From Camelus ferus (lineage: Eukaryota), in assembly GCF_009834535.1 (NCBI RefSeq), contig NC_045696.1:36706001-36770000 (forward strand): 64,000 nt of DNA. The letters run 5' to 3'. The notes below the pieces were generated by a model. The model worked only from the letters and a program-made list of their open reading frames with translations. It ran no database searches and was not told the DNA's origin. This document shows positions 12,699-25,426 of this stretch, one piece after another; the first letter of the stretch is position 1; every line of letters starts with the position of its first letter. The translations under genes and the position numbers were made by a program.

Positions 12699-13409
12699 AT
12701 AGGCAACATTCTTTTTATTTCTAGGGCTGATGATAGTGGAGTCTTTTATGGAAGATACCTTTAGGAAAATATTAAAGGAGAGAAAAATATTGGAAAACTT
12801 CTTACTTTGGTTTTTATCACTCTGTATGTTAAGAAGGTTAAAAGCCCTTTAAATATACTGCCCCTCTCTTATTCTGTTTCTAAATGATAAAGATATATTT
12901 TATGCTCCTGGAGCTTCTGCTCTGAAGCCTCTATCCTAGAAATGCAGCCAGTGTTATTGAAAAAGACTGAATGAGAGAGTTGAATTAGGTCAATAACATG
13001 AGAAAAATATTGAGTTGCTGGTAGGTAAAATTCTTCTGTATTATTTTATGAGAAAATATAGGTATTGTGTTAAAATTAGATAGATTTTATATAAAACCCT
13101 CATTAAGAATTTTAGTGTTACTATGTATTAATATTTTGAAAATAGAATTAAGTATTGAGCTTTCAAAAATTTTAAATTAACTGATCAATTTTAAACTTAT
13201 TAAGAATAATTTTATTTTCTGAAAAAATAGATTCATGCTATTTTAAAACTCATTCTCCACCTTCATTGCTTGTAACTCATCACCTAAAACTTTTAACTTT
13301 ATCCTGTTACAGTTCTCCATTTTCACTGTCATCACTCTAATATAGATCTTCAGCATCTTATATCTAGATTGCTGAAATAGCCTTTGAGCTGCTTTCTCTG
13401 ACCCAGCTG

Positions 13410-13550
13410 TGGTAAGTAACAGTCTTCAGAGTCAGAAATCTGAGTTTGAATTCCTTTGTGGTATCATGCTAATCTTGTGGTTGTGGACAAGTTATTTAAA
13501 AGCTTATTCATCTCCATTTCACATCTGTTCAAAAGATTAAATGGAGATAT
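13410..13550 (+). mobile_element. MIR SINE fragment
   Basis: cagagtcagaaatctgagtttgaattcc..tgtggttgtggacaagttatttaa. Confidence 0.6.
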
Positions 13551-13924
13551 ATCTATATAACCATAAAGGACAGGTTCTGAACATGTCTACACCAAGTAAA
13601 TGATGAATATTGTGGTAAAGTACATATTTCTAGCATTGCATTACTTAAAAATCCTTCAATTTTTTTCTTCGTTTGCTTTGTCATCAGCCTTATTTTTTTC
13701 TTTTGATTTTAACCACTTATAATTGCTCTTTCCTAGTTTTCCACCTGACAAGTATTCATTGAGCACCTACTATGTGCAAGGAATGCCAATTTTTTTCTGT
13801 TCCCAACATATACAACCAGGTCCAAAATCTGAAGAGGCCTGGCTTCTCGTTGTGCCATCAAAAATTTTAGTTTGTGTCTGCTTCAAAGTCTTCCTTTCTC
13901 TATTACACTCTTTACTTTAATTTT

Positions 13925-15130
13925 ATCCCACCAAAAGTATTTACTGAATGCATAATATGTGTCCTACACTTTGCAAAAGAATGACAGTACACAGCAAAGA
14001 CCATTTTGCCCTCAAGTTGCTTACAGTTTAGTGAGAAAAACATTCAACCAAATAGGAAGTTAAGAGTCCCTGTGTCAAATTTTATTATAATAGAAGGTAC
14101 CATGTGCTTTTGGATAGCAATAAAGAAAGAAATAACCTACTATTAGCCTAAATCTGAAATGTGAAGAGTGAAAATGAATCAGACATGGCTGTGGGAGAGA
14201 TTTTCGGACGGGGCATGTAAGGGATGTGGCATGTAAGGGATGTGGCCAGTGATGGAGGAATATGAGCAAGAACTTGGAGGGAGAGGGTATAGCTTATGAG
14301 ATGCCCATTAGCAAAGAGAGGATGTGTTTTCCAAGAACTAAAGTAACTTTGTTATAACTAGATTGCATTGTGAGTGAGAATGCTTAAAAAAATGAGGCCA
14401 AGGAGGCAATTAGAAACAAGATCATATAGAACCATGCAGAAACTTGTTAAAAAATTTAGTATTTTCCTGATGTCAGTGGGAAGGGGTTTAAGGAGGGGAA
14501 TAACATAATTAGACTTAAGGTTTAGAAAGATCATCTGATAAGAACTGATTGAATGGGGAATGAAAAACTGACCCATAGAAATAGTTAAAGTAAAAGATAG
14601 TGATGGTCTGAATTAGGTAGTTCAGTAGGACTAAAGGACTAGAGAGATATGGATATAATTTTACATTTATTCATGGTATCATTTGAATTTTATTTTTCAC
14701 TTGACTCTAAGCTCCATAGAGTGCTGTTTTGGCTTGTCATGTATTTTCTATGCATAGCAAAGTGCATGGAATATATAATAGTTCAAAATATATTTTTGAA
14801 ATGAGATATTGAAAGATTGATTAGAAAAAAATTATATTGGAAAATTGACAAGAAATGTGACTGATTGGTTGTAGGACAACCAGTCTAGTAAAATGTCTTG
14901 GTCTGACTTGGTAGATCAGATAGGTAGATGATGGCACCAGTAACGAAGAAAGACAATATAGGACATGAAACAGGTTTATTGAAGAAGATAATAAGTGCAG
15001 TTTTGGATACACTGAGTTTGAAATGATTGGGGAATTATGTTTGGAGATTTCTAATAAACATCATTTGTATACTGAGATTTTGAGCTAAAAAGCTACATCT
15101 TATCTGGAGACAGAGCTATAATAGTTGATA
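13925..15130 (-). mobile_element. Degenerate L2 LINE fragments
   Basis: tatttactgaatgcataatatgtgtc, tgccctcaagttgcttacagtttagt, tttagaaagatcatctg, gcagttttggatacactgagtttgaaatg. Confidence 0.7.
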
Positions 15131-15194
15131 ACAATGCATGTCAATATGTCACTCACACAGTAATTAAATGTTTCGGGGCTATTTCCAAGGGAGA

Positions 15195-15195
15195 T

Positions 15196-15227
<32 letters not shown>

Positions 15228-15268
15228 ACACACACACAGACACACACACACACACACACATATATATC
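15195..15268. repeat. (CA)n microsatellite with CAGA interruptions
   Basis: Visible directly. Confidence 0.95.
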
Positions 15269-15289
15269 AAGAGTGTCAAGATCCTCTTG

Positions 15290-15391
15290 TTTAAAAATTG
15301 AAAGTATAGCTGATTTACAATATTGTGTTAGTTTCAGGTATACAGCAAAGTGATTCAGTTTTACGTATATAAATAAATAAATAAATAAATA

Positions 15392-15422
<31 letters not shown>

Positions 15423-16271
15423 TACATACACACACACACATATATATACACATACATATTTACATATTCTTTTCCATTATAGGTTATTACAAGATATTGA
15501 ATATAGTTCCCTGTGCTATACAGTAAATCCTTGTTGTTTATTTTATATATAGTGGTATGTATATGTTAATCCCATACTCCTTATTTCCACCCCTCCTCTT
15601 TCCCCTTTGGTGATCATAAGTTTGTTTTCCATGTCTATTTGAGTCTTTCTGTTTTATAAAAAAGTTTATTTGTATTATTTTTTAGATTCCACATATAAGT
15701 GATTTCATATAATGTTCACCTTTCTCCATCTGACTTTCTTCACTTAGTATGAAAATCTCTAGGTCCATCCATGTTGCTGCAAATGGCAATATTTCATTCT
15801 TTTTTATGACTGAGTAATAGTCCATTATATATATCTACACTTCTTTATCTATTCATCTATTGATGGACACTTAAATTGTTTCTATGTCTTGACTATTGTA
15901 AACAGGGCTACTGTGAACATTTGGGTGCATGTATCTTTTCAAATTAGACTGTTTGTCTTTCCCAGATACATGCCCAAGAGTGGAATTGCTGGATTGTATG
16001 GTAACTCTTTTTAGTTTTTTAAAATGTCCATACTGTTTTCCATAGTGTCTGCACCAGTTTACATTTCCACCAACAGTGTAGAAGGGTTCCTTTTTCTTCA
16101 TGCCCTCTCCAGCATTTATTAAGCATTTATTATTTGTAGACTTTTTGATGGTGGCCATTCTGACCAAAATGAGGTAAAACCTCATTGTAGTTTTGATTTG
16201 CATTTCTCTAATAATTAGAGATGTTGAGCATCTTTTCATGCCTGTTGACCATCTGTATGCTTCCTTTGGAG
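15290..16271 (-). mobile_element. 5'-truncated LINE-1 (ORF2 C-terminus and 3' UTR, artiodactyl type)
   Basis: ORF 15871-16239 [23 protein letters not shown]. 3' UTR attgaaagtatagctgatttacaatattgtgttagtttcagg. Contains a (TA)/(CA) repeat at about 15390-15455. Confidence 0.9.
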
Positions 16272-16299
16272 GATTTATAAATATACTAATAAATTCAAT

Positions 16300-16485
16300 A
16301 CAATAATGTTATGAAATGTGAGTATGATGTTATTAGCCCCATTTCACAAATGGTAAACTTCAGGATTAATGAAATTAAGTGTTTTTCCCAAGTTTACCTG
16401 GTTCACAAGTGGTGGAGCTGTGATTTGAGACCAAACATTCTGGCTCCAGCATCAGTAGTTGTAACCACAATGATGCACTGCCTCT
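16300..16485 (-). mobile_element. MIR SINE
   Basis: attagccccatttcacaaatggtaaacttcagg..gaaattaagtgtttttcccaag..gatttgagaccaaaca. Confidence 0.75.
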
Positions 16486-17473
16486 CCTCTAATACCTTGT
16501 TTATATAGATAGTAACTAAAGCTTAGGAACTTACCACAATAACTCAGGGAATTGCTACTGTTAGACATGAGATGATGATAAGAAACACAAACTTAGGGTT
16601 GTGAATGGAAGAAATGTTGCCAAGAAATGTGACTGTAGTATGATCAGAGAGAGAATTGGGCATGAAGGAACCAGAAACACACAGTGTTACAAAAGACAAA
16701 GGAAAGCAAGGTTTCAAGAATGAAGGCTACTGACCATGTCAAAAGCTATGGGGAATTCATGGAGATAAGCATTACAAAGTTCTCTTAGCAAAAAAGAAAT
16801 CGCTGGTAATCGTGGAAGAAGTAGCTTTGGCAGAGTGGTAGGAAAGGAAGTGCTTCTTTAGAACTGTGTGGTAGGAGATGAAATAGAAACACCAGTGTAG
16901 AAAAATATATTTTAAGTTTTAAGTAAAGGAAAGAGAAAAGAGAGAAGTTGAGCATAAAATGGAATTTAGAAAGTGTTTATGTGGTTGGTATTGTTTGTAT
17001 GAAAAAAGTCACTCATGATTAGGCCCTGTAGAAAGAAACCATGTGAAGGGAACAGGCTTAAAGGGTTTGCTTATGGGGGTGGGGGTGGGGGTGGTAGATG
17101 TTGGAAGAGGCCTTCCTTAACAGAAAGGCACAGAGCCACAGTGGGTGCCAACGTCGGAAATTCATAGATATGGTGGTGAGAAATAGGAAGTGGCACTTTT
17201 GAAAGCTCATAAATTGTGGAGTAGAAGATAAGTTCATTGCTTGAGTGAAGGCAGTTATTTGGGAAGTAGAAAGATATGAGAGAGAGCGGATTCTGGAGAG
17301 AACTGAGATACAGGACCACCTGGCCTTGTTCTCTAATAGGCGCCTACTGTCCCTTAGCACCTGATAGACTGATAGAATCAGGTGAAAATAATCCTGTTTA
17401 TTACTATACTGTGCTGTTCCTAAATTCAAATGCAGAACTTTTAGTGATATAGGATGGATTTGTAGTTAAATTC

Positions 17474-17948
17474 TGTTGCCCAAATAGCCTAAGGCCTCAA
17501 CATATTTACAAACAAATGGTTTACTTAATCCCGAAGGAGCATAAAGCAGACTAGCAAACTGACTTCCCTGATGCAGAACTGCTTGCTGATTCATTCTTTA
17601 CTGACAGTAACTAACCCAGAGACTGTGCTCCAGGAAAGAGATAACAGGCTGATAATCTCAGAAGAATGGACAGACCCTCTGGAGTTCCTCCTGAAGATCC
17701 CTTGAGGTTATGAGAGATGTAGCACCCTGTAAAACACCCTGACTGTTACCACCTTTTCTGCTCCATCCAGTTTTTCTATAAAACCTGAAGACCCCCAACC
17801 CCAAGATGGGCTCGCAGCCTTTAAGGCATTAGCCACTGTGACTCCCTTTGCCTGGAGAAGCAATAAAGCTGCTCTTCTCTTTGCTCCCAAAACTCTGTCT
17901 CAGTTTGAATTCACTTTTCTGGGTGCAGAGGCCGATTTTTCCATAGCA
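17474..17948 (+). mobile_element. Solo ERV1-type LTR (A)
   Basis: TGTTG...TAGCA termini, TATAAAA at about 17777, AATAAA at about 17862, flanks attc/gtcc. Confidence 0.85.
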
Positions 17949-17952
17949 GTCC

Positions 17953-18558
17953 TGTTGCAGAAAGATTGGCCCACGTCCTAGATGAGCCAAATAACTCAGT
18001 GACCTGGTTTTGGAGCTTAGAAGAAAAGAGGCAGCTTTATTACTCTGCCGGATGAAGGGGACTCCCAGCAGGCTGGTGCCTTCACAACTGTGAACCCACC
18101 TTGGGGATGGGGTTGGGTGGTTGTATAGCCCTAGCTCAGACAATAAAGCATAGATAACAATCAACAGAATCATTTTCTCATCAGAAGGCTTAGAATGGCA
18201 TCATGAAGCCTTCAGGCGACCAATTCTGTAGGGGCCAGCAGTTGTCACTTTTTCTGTCACTTTTTCCATCTCTTTCATCTCGTAAGCACTCAAGGCCTGG
18301 TCTTCTTGGTATTTAGTGTGCTTTGTAAGGTTACAGTTCTGATCTTCTCTCTGTAGATTGACTCAGAGACCAAACACGATTATAGCTTTTGATTACTGGA
18401 ATAAAGTAGAAATAGTAAGATCAATAGCTTTAGTTTTAACAATGGGCCTGGAACTGTGAGTAGCAACCGGTCAGTCAGGTCAGTTGACCGTTTTAAGGGC
18501 AAGCGTAAGATAAACAATCTGTTAGCCTAAGTGCAGCCATTTTATTAATCCTCCTTCA
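17953..18558 (-). mobile_element. Solo ERV1-type LTR (B)
   Basis: TG...CA termini, perfect 4-bp TSD gtcc (17949-17952 and 18559-18562), minus-strand AATAAA. Homologous to 20406-20960. Confidence 0.9.
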
Positions 18559-19296
18559 GTCCCTTTTCTTTAAAGATATGTCCAAGATCTCAAAGTTTAA
18601 CATCCAATGGGAATAAAAGCAAGTCAAAACTAAGCTTACCAGTTAATGTGCTAAACAAACAGCAACTTAAAAAAAAATGTAATTCTCGCAAACAATCTAA
18701 TCAACACATTGAATAATTCATAGAAACTTTCCACCTTCTCAGAGTGGAGTAAAGACAACAAGGAATGGAGTACAGGATAAACAGCAGCATTAAATTTCTC
18801 CTGGTAAATTATGGATTCAAAATTTAATAGACTTTGGAAAAATGTAGAACTAGCTTACCTGAGTAGATAATATGGATTCCCGGAAGTGTTGAGGATACAG
18901 GAAAAATTAGAATATTTGGAGACGTAATCTATGTTATCACATGATTTTTATCTTAATCAGTAGCCTAAGTATAGATACGGAGAAATCAGGCAATTAAACT
19001 GATTCTGGGTTGAAACTTGTCTGATTGCTGGTAAGAAAAGACTGTAGAATAAGAAAACTGATATTGAGAAAGGTTAAATTTTAAAAATAAGATGTAAAAC
19101 AGATGACAATTTGGAGAATATTAGGCATTTTAAAGTATTGAAGATTTCTACATAGTAAAGATACAGACGCATTGGGAAACACATGAGTTGGAAAGTAAGA
19201 AGGGCGATAGGTTTTGATTACAAGAGAATGGTTTATTTATTTTTCAAATGGACTATTTCCACATGATGACATGCTCAAGAGTTTATCTGTGAAAGA

Positions 19297-19715
19297 TGTA
19301 ATTGTTTGGATTATTGTTCAACAAATACTCACTCTCCTCTCCTCTGACATTGTAGATGGAATACACTTCCCTGCTCTGTTGACATTGTGTTTTAATTGGC
19401 TGATGGAATGTAAGTGGAAATGTCTATGTACCAGTGACATATTTCAGTTCCTTTTTCATATTTCTTATATGCTATTGGTACAATAAACTTGAGTAGCTTT
19501 ATGGTTCTAAAAGAGTGAGACACCTGTGAAACAGAGCTGCCCAAATTAAATTTCAGTCCTGTACCTGGAAATAGAGCCACCCTCGTCAACTTGTAGACCC
19601 ACAGACTGAAGAAAAAGTTCTCCACGTGATCTGAAGACGTGGGAGTGTGATCGCTGATGCTTATTTATTAATGTCATGGAATTATGGGCTGACTTCTTCT
19701 GCAACAAATGCCTGT
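19297..19715 (+). mobile_element. Old MaLR LTR (MLT1I/J-like)
   Basis: aatacacttccctgctctgttgac, gctgatggaatgtaagtggaaatg, gacacctgtgaaacagagctgccc. Confidence 0.6.
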
Positions 19716-20029
19716 TGAGAGAAAAGGGCAATGATGGAGTAACATTGAGAGGAAAAAAATCTCTAACAGAAAGTAAAAAATTGAATGCTGACGTGTTGAA
19801 AGAAAGAACCTGAATGGTAAAAGTATTTGAGCTGCAGAGGAAAATGAGCACAAAATCCTAAAGCCTTCAGTTTATCGGTATGAGGAAGGGGAGTTTAGAA
19901 AATGGCAATATTTAACAGAGAGAAAAAAGAGAGGATATTGCAGTGGGATGGCAATCACATCCAAGAAGCAGGCATTTTTAACATGAGGATGAAGTAATGA
20001 TCTGGACATAGTACTAGAGAAAACAACAC

Positions 20030-20252
20030 ATTTTTTTTTTCTTTCAGATTTATTGAAAGCTAATTGATATATAGCACTGTATAAGTTTAAGGTGTACAGC
20101 ATAATGACTTATACATATTACAAAATGATTATCACAATTATTAATATCCATCATCTCATGGAGTTACCAAAGAGGGGAAAAAAAAGAAAAAAGTTCTTTT
20201 TTTTTTTCATTGAGATGAGAATTTTTAGGATCTACTCTCATAGGAACTTTTC
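20030..20252 (-). mobile_element. L1MA9-like 3' UTR fragment
   Basis: T-run followed by actgtataagtttaaggtgtacagcataatga..gagatgagaatttttaggatctactctc. Confidence 0.75.
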
Positions 20253-20405
20253 TGTTCTTAAGTGTGTGGGGTGTCAAAGAAAGTGCAGCTTTAAATTGAA
20301 AGCTGTATTAGTCAGGGTTCTCCAGAGGGACAGAACCAATAGGTTCTTCCTTTCTCTCTCCCTTCCTCCCTCTTCTTTTTCTTCCCTCCTCCATCCCTCC
20401 CTCCT

Positions 20406-20960
20406 TATTACTGAGGCCCCCTGTCCCTGGGGAGCCAAACTGAAACTCAGAGACAGGGTTTTGGAGCTTAGAAGAAGAGAGGCAGCTTTATTACTTTGCC
20501 AGGCAAAGGGGACTTCCAGCGGACTGGTGCCTTCAAAACTGTGAGCCCACCTTCAGGACGGGGTGGGGTGGTTATATAGCTGTAGCTCAAACAATAAACA
20601 ACCAACAGAATCATTTTCTCATTATAAGACTTAAGAGTGGCATCATGATGCCTCCAGGCAATCAATTCTGTAGAAGCTAGCAGGTGGTCATTTTTTATCT
20701 CTTTATCTCAAAAGGCGTGGTCCTCCTGGTATTTAGCCTGTTTTGTAAGGTTACAGTTCTGTGACCTTCTCCCTGGAGGACACTGCAGAAACCAAGTATG
20801 ATTATTATTTTCAATTACTGAAATAAAGCAGAAACAGTAAAATTAATAGCTTTACTTTAACAATGGGCTTTGGATCTGTGAGTAGCAACCAGCCAGTCAT
20901 CAGTTGCATAAGAATAAGCAATCTGTTAGCCTAAGTGCAGCATTGTATTAATCCTTCTCC
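20406..20960 (-). mobile_element. Solo ERV1-type LTR (C), same family as LTR B
   Basis: Colinear similarity with 17953-18558 (ggttttggagcttagaagaa..gcagctttattact; ctgttagcctaagtgcag). Confidence 0.88.
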
Positions 20961-21085
20961 CTCCCTCCCTCCCTTCCTTCCTCCCTTCCTTCCTCCCTCC
21001 CTTCCTTCCTTCCTTCCTTCCTTCCTTCCTTCCATCCTTCCTTCCTTCCTTCCTCCTTCTCTCTCTCTCTCTCTCTTTCTTTCCT
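20955..21085. repeat. (TTCC)n/(TC)n polypyrimidine simple repeat
   Basis: Visible directly. Confidence 0.95.
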
Positions 21086-21836
21086 TATGGCTCACACATT
21101 CTGGAGTCTGAGAGGTCCCAAGATCTGTGGCTAGAAAGCTGGAGAACCAGAGGAATCAGCTGTGTGGCTTCAGTCTACATCTAAAGGCTGGAGAGCCAGT
21201 AGCATAAGTTCCAGTCTAAGTGCAGGAGGAGACCGATATCCAAGCCTAAAATTCAGATGAAGGACAGATTCTTCTTAATCACCCTTTTGGTTCTATTCAG
21301 GCCTTCAGTGGATCAGACTGAGACCACCCACATTAGACAGGACAATCTACTTTAGTCTCCTGATTCAAATGTTAATCTTTATCAGAAACACCTTCACAGA
21401 TCCACCCAGAATAATGTTTAACAGAACAGCTGGGCCCTCTATGACCCAGTCAAGTTGACACATAAAATTAACCATCACAAAACAGTATTAGGGGAAGGAT
21501 GTCCTCAGAGGAAAGTAATATATCATCAAGACAGACAAGCTAAGGGAGTTTCAATGAAGAAATACAGGATGTAGGAAAACTTTTATTTTATGGTTTTTGA
21601 ATTTTGAAAATTATGTTCTCTGGCAAATATGAAAACTGACTGTTAACTGGGCTTGTAAAATTAAGGGAGCCTCAGTCTCTATGCTCTGAATAAAGTTCTG
21701 CAAAGCAGAGAACAGCAGCCAGAGAGATGGTAGTAAGAGAGAACTGGAGAGGAATGGAGAACACAGAAGTGTCTGAAAGAGGCCAACACACAGGGGGAAA
21801 AGACCACCAGAGTTAATTCATAAAAATATTTAAGAA

Positions 21837-22297
21837 TGTTTTGGTCACTCTCATTGACTATAAGAACAGAGGACTGTGAAATAAAGTTCATATTTTATGG
21901 AAAGGAAAATTTAAACAACAAATTTTCTCTGCCCTTTGGCCTCCTTTCTCCCCACACTGTACATTGTGCAACATACATTGACCAAGTCTTTCCCATCGGC
22001 AGAAATGTCCACTCAACCGTAAAAAGCAACATTCTCCTAAGACAACACCTTAAAGATAACATTCCTTCTTGATAAGGGGTCATGTGGTGCTTAGATCTGG
22101 GTTATGTAAACTGTCAATACACCATTTGCTGTACAGCCTCTGTCTCAAAAAAGCTTATGTAGCCGCGTCTTGACTTCCGAAGGGCAGAACAGTTCTCAGA
22201 GCTTCTGGATGCTCTTCCTGGGTTGTAACCCTCAAATATGGCTTGAAGAAAATTTTCCATTTCTTTCTTAGACAGACTGAAAAATTTTTCATTGACA
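21837..22297 (+). mobile_element. Solo ERV1-type LTR
   Basis: 3' portion cagaacagttctcagagcttctggatgctcttcctgggttgtaaccctcaaat..ttgaca is typical of ERV1 LTR R/U5. The 5' boundary is uncertain. Confidence 0.65.
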
Positions 22298-22876
22298 GAA
22301 CCCTCTAAAAGATAAGATTACAATTTAAACTAGATTAAGATAGCTGAGCTTCACTTATTTGAGTAAATTCCTCATCTTCTCTCTAAGTTGAATGCATTCC
22401 TATCATAGATATATTAATAGAAGTGGTTTCATTTTTTAAGGACATGTTTATAGTTATTCTTTTTGTTTAGACCTCTAGGAAACGTTTGAATAATGCCATT
22501 TCAAATAAACTTTGAATCTGCCTCTTTTAGAGATAAATTTTATCACTGTCTTGTCATAAGGTTTTATCATGGAAATTATATTCTGCTGTAAAATAGTCAA
22601 CTATGATTTTTTCAATAAACATTTATGGAGCACCAGGGACTAGTAGGTTGTTGTGCTAGTTATTATGTCAGATGTTTAAAATACTGTTCCTGCCCTTGAG
22701 GAGCTAACATTTGTTGGAGAGATGTAGAATTTAAATTTATATAATTGAGAGCATCATACACTAAGGATCATTTAATTATTATAAACTAAGATTTATAAGA
22801 ATAGAGAGAGGAGTAATTTGAAAGAAAACATAGAAGACTTTGAAGAAATCATTAAACTCCTAATGGACAAGAATGG

Positions 22877-23500
22877 TGTATTAATTTACTTTTGCTGCCA
22901 CAATAAATTACCAAAAACTTTGTGGCTTAAAACAGCACAAATTTATTATCTTATCGTTTTGGAGTTCAGAAGCCAAAAATGGGTCTCACTGGGCTAAAAT
23001 CAATTTGTCAGCAAAACTTTATTCTTTTTTTGGAGGCTGTAGGGTAAGAATTACTCCTACGGGAGTAACCCCTCTCCTTGAGTGAAGCTAGAACCTGTGA
23101 TTTGCTTCTAATCAAAGAAAAAGGGAAATGATTCACTTCCCAGGTCATTCTTGCTCTTGGCAGAGTTCAATTCTTTGTGATTACTGGGTTGAGGTCCCCT
23201 CTTCCCTGCTATCAGCCAGAGCTTGGTCTTTGCTCCTGGAGGCTGTCCTCATTCTTTCTCATGGTGAATTTATCTCCACCAATGGCATATGGGAGTCCTT
23301 TCTTGTGCTTCCAGTCTCTCTTACTTCCTCTTCTCCTATCAGGTAGAGAAAACTCTGTTTTTAAGAGGGCCTCTGTGATTTAAATCAGGTCTGCATGAAT
23401 GATATTCCCACCTTAGGATCAATTATGCTATATAAAATAACAAGCTTTGAAATGATGTCTACACATATTCACTAGTAGTGGGGATTAGGGCATGGCGTCT
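22877..23500 (-). mobile_element. MaLR LTR (MLT1E-like)
   Basis: tgtattaatttac..gctgccacaataaattacca, aaaatgggtctcactgggctaaaatcaa, ttggcagagttcaattctttgtg..gaggtcccc. Confidence 0.8.
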
Positions 23501-23843
23501 GCCCATGGAGAGGGCCACATGGCCGGGAACTGCAGGCAGCCTCTGGGAACTGAGGGTGGCCTCTAGTCAGCAGCTATTAATAAACTGAGTCTCTCTGTCC
23601 TACAACCAGAGCCTCAAGAATCTGAATTCTGCCGACAATGGTGTGAGCTTAGTTGAGGATTTTGAGCTTTAAAAAATGTAGACAGCCTGACTGACACTTT
23701 GATTTCAGCCTTGTGAGACCATGAGCAGAGGACTCAGCTAAGTTGGCCTCCACTCCTGGTCCCCAGAAAATATGAAATGATATGAGATGATAAGTGTGTT
23801 TTGTTTCAAGCCACTAAGTTGTGGTAATTTGTTACCCTAGCAC
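23500..23843 (+). mobile_element. MaLR LTR (MLT1E/F-like), 3' half
   Basis: gagagggccacatggccgggaactg, cagccttgtgagaccatgagcagaggactcagctaag, tttcaagccactaagtttgtggtaatttgttac. Confidence 0.85.
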
Positions 23844-23844
23844 A

Positions 23845-23967
23845 TGGGACTTCCGTTTGGAGATCTTGATTCAGAAGGTCTGGAGTCAGAACCAAAACCT
23901 GTAGTTTAACAAATAAAGGAGGGGAATTTGATGCAGATAGACTCTTAACTAGTTTGAGAAAGCCTGG
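23845..23967. mobile_element. MER5-like hAT-Charlie MITE fragment
   Basis: gattcagaaggtctggag..acctgtagtttaacaa..tgatgca..tttgagaaagcctg. Confidence 0.6.
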
Positions 23968-25234
23968 ATTATTTCTCACAACTTTCATCTTCCATTAAGA
24001 TGTAGGAAAACTCATTACTGTGATTTTTGTGCCTGGGAGAACTGCATGGAGCCAGTTTTCATTCCTTAATTTCCTTCAGGAGAACGTTACTCAGTGAAAG
24101 TAGCTTAAAATCTGTAACAACCTGAGAAAGACCGCAGAGTAAGAGTATCTACAAAGTCCATGGCACTCAAGACATAAAACAGCTTGTTCCTTCCACAGAT
24201 TGGGTAATTCTATCATCTTCCAGAAGGCCAGCAGCAGGAGAATGATAGAATTGACATATTTGCTGTTCACGGAAGAAGAAAAAATGTAATTGGAAGGAAA
24301 TAAGACAAGATGTTCACAGATAAAGGAGGAAATGTCTGCTGGTTTAAAAAAGTTGTGTGCTGATTTACTCATTTACCACAATAAATTTCTCTTTTCATCT
24401 TCACAATTGAATTTTGGTTAGAATTAAATGTGAATTTTTTTGCATTCAGCAGGACAGTTTTTTCTTTTTTTTTTTTTCCCAATGCTTGGAGATGGATCTC
24501 TAAAGAATAAAGGTTAGTCACTTTAGCAGAACAAGGAGCTGTTTATCACTTTACAAACCTAATAACCGATTTCTTAAGAAAGAGTAGTGAGCACTGGGGC
24601 TGCAATGATATTTCCAGCACATACATTCCAGCATTTAGAAACAAAGTCAATTTTGTTATTAGCAAGCACACTGCCTAGCCTGTGCTTATTGGACTGTGTA
24701 ATTTTGAAGTGGCTCTGAGGCTTTGGTCTGTACAGTCTTTTACAGTCTATGTTAATCACAATTTTTTACCCCAAGTATAGTTTGACATCATTGAGAAATC
24801 AATATAGCTAATTCTGCATTAAGGGCAATGCCTAGTGCCATGTTGATACTAAACTTGTTAAATCATTGCGTGTTTGGGGAGAGAGGATCAAACTGTCACA
24901 ATAAATATTACCCTAAACATAGGAGAAGCTTTTTATTCATCAGTAATATCACTAGAAATTAGGTTATTGAACCTAACGCTGAAGTAGTTCTTCAAAAAGT
25001 AAATTTTCATAGTTGATAAAAGGTAGAAAAAGAACTTAAGGCCCCACTAGAGCTTTTTGTGGGTAAAGAGTTGGGGCTGATTGAAAAATAATATTTTTAC
25101 TAAAAACAGTTGGAAAAAATTTATTGAAATAGACTTGTAACATACATTGGAATGACAGTTTAGAATTTATTGAACAAGATTGTAGAAACGTTACCTGTGA
25201 CAGAAGACTCTGCTCCCGGACGTGCACAGTCAGC

Positions 25235-25350
25235 AAGCAAAGAACGGTTTTTACATTTTTAAAAGGTTAAAATAGAATATGCAACAGAAGCTGCACGTAG
25301 CCTCTAGAGTCTCAAGTCTGGCCTTTTACAGAAAATTAGCTGATCTCTGC
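25235..25350 (+). mobile_element. MER58-family hAT MITE fragment
   Basis: aagaacggtttttacatttttaaaaggtt..aatatgcaacaga..tctggccttttacagaaaattagctgatctctg. Confidence 0.65.
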
Positions 25351-25426
25351 TCTAGAACTCGGCGGTACACTTTGCCAAGAACCACATGGCTAGGATAAAA
25401 TTTATAGAGAACTCTCTTTACCAAAA

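Larger units (their letters stand above)
20304..21479 (-). mobile_element. ERVL LTR (MLT2-like), interrupted by LTR C and a simple repeat
   Basis: Ends tgtattagtcagggttctccagag and caagttgacacataaaattaaccatcaca are the canonical MLT2 termini. Confidence 0.9.

Noticed and set aside
14212..14246. 16-bp tandem duplication ggcatgtaagggatgt x2
   Set aside because: Ordinary local slippage inside an L2 remnant.
17953..20960. LTR B and LTR C as the paired LTRs of one provirus
   Set aside because: B has its own perfect TSD, C sits inside an MLT2, they are visibly diverged, and the interval contains older unrelated repeats.
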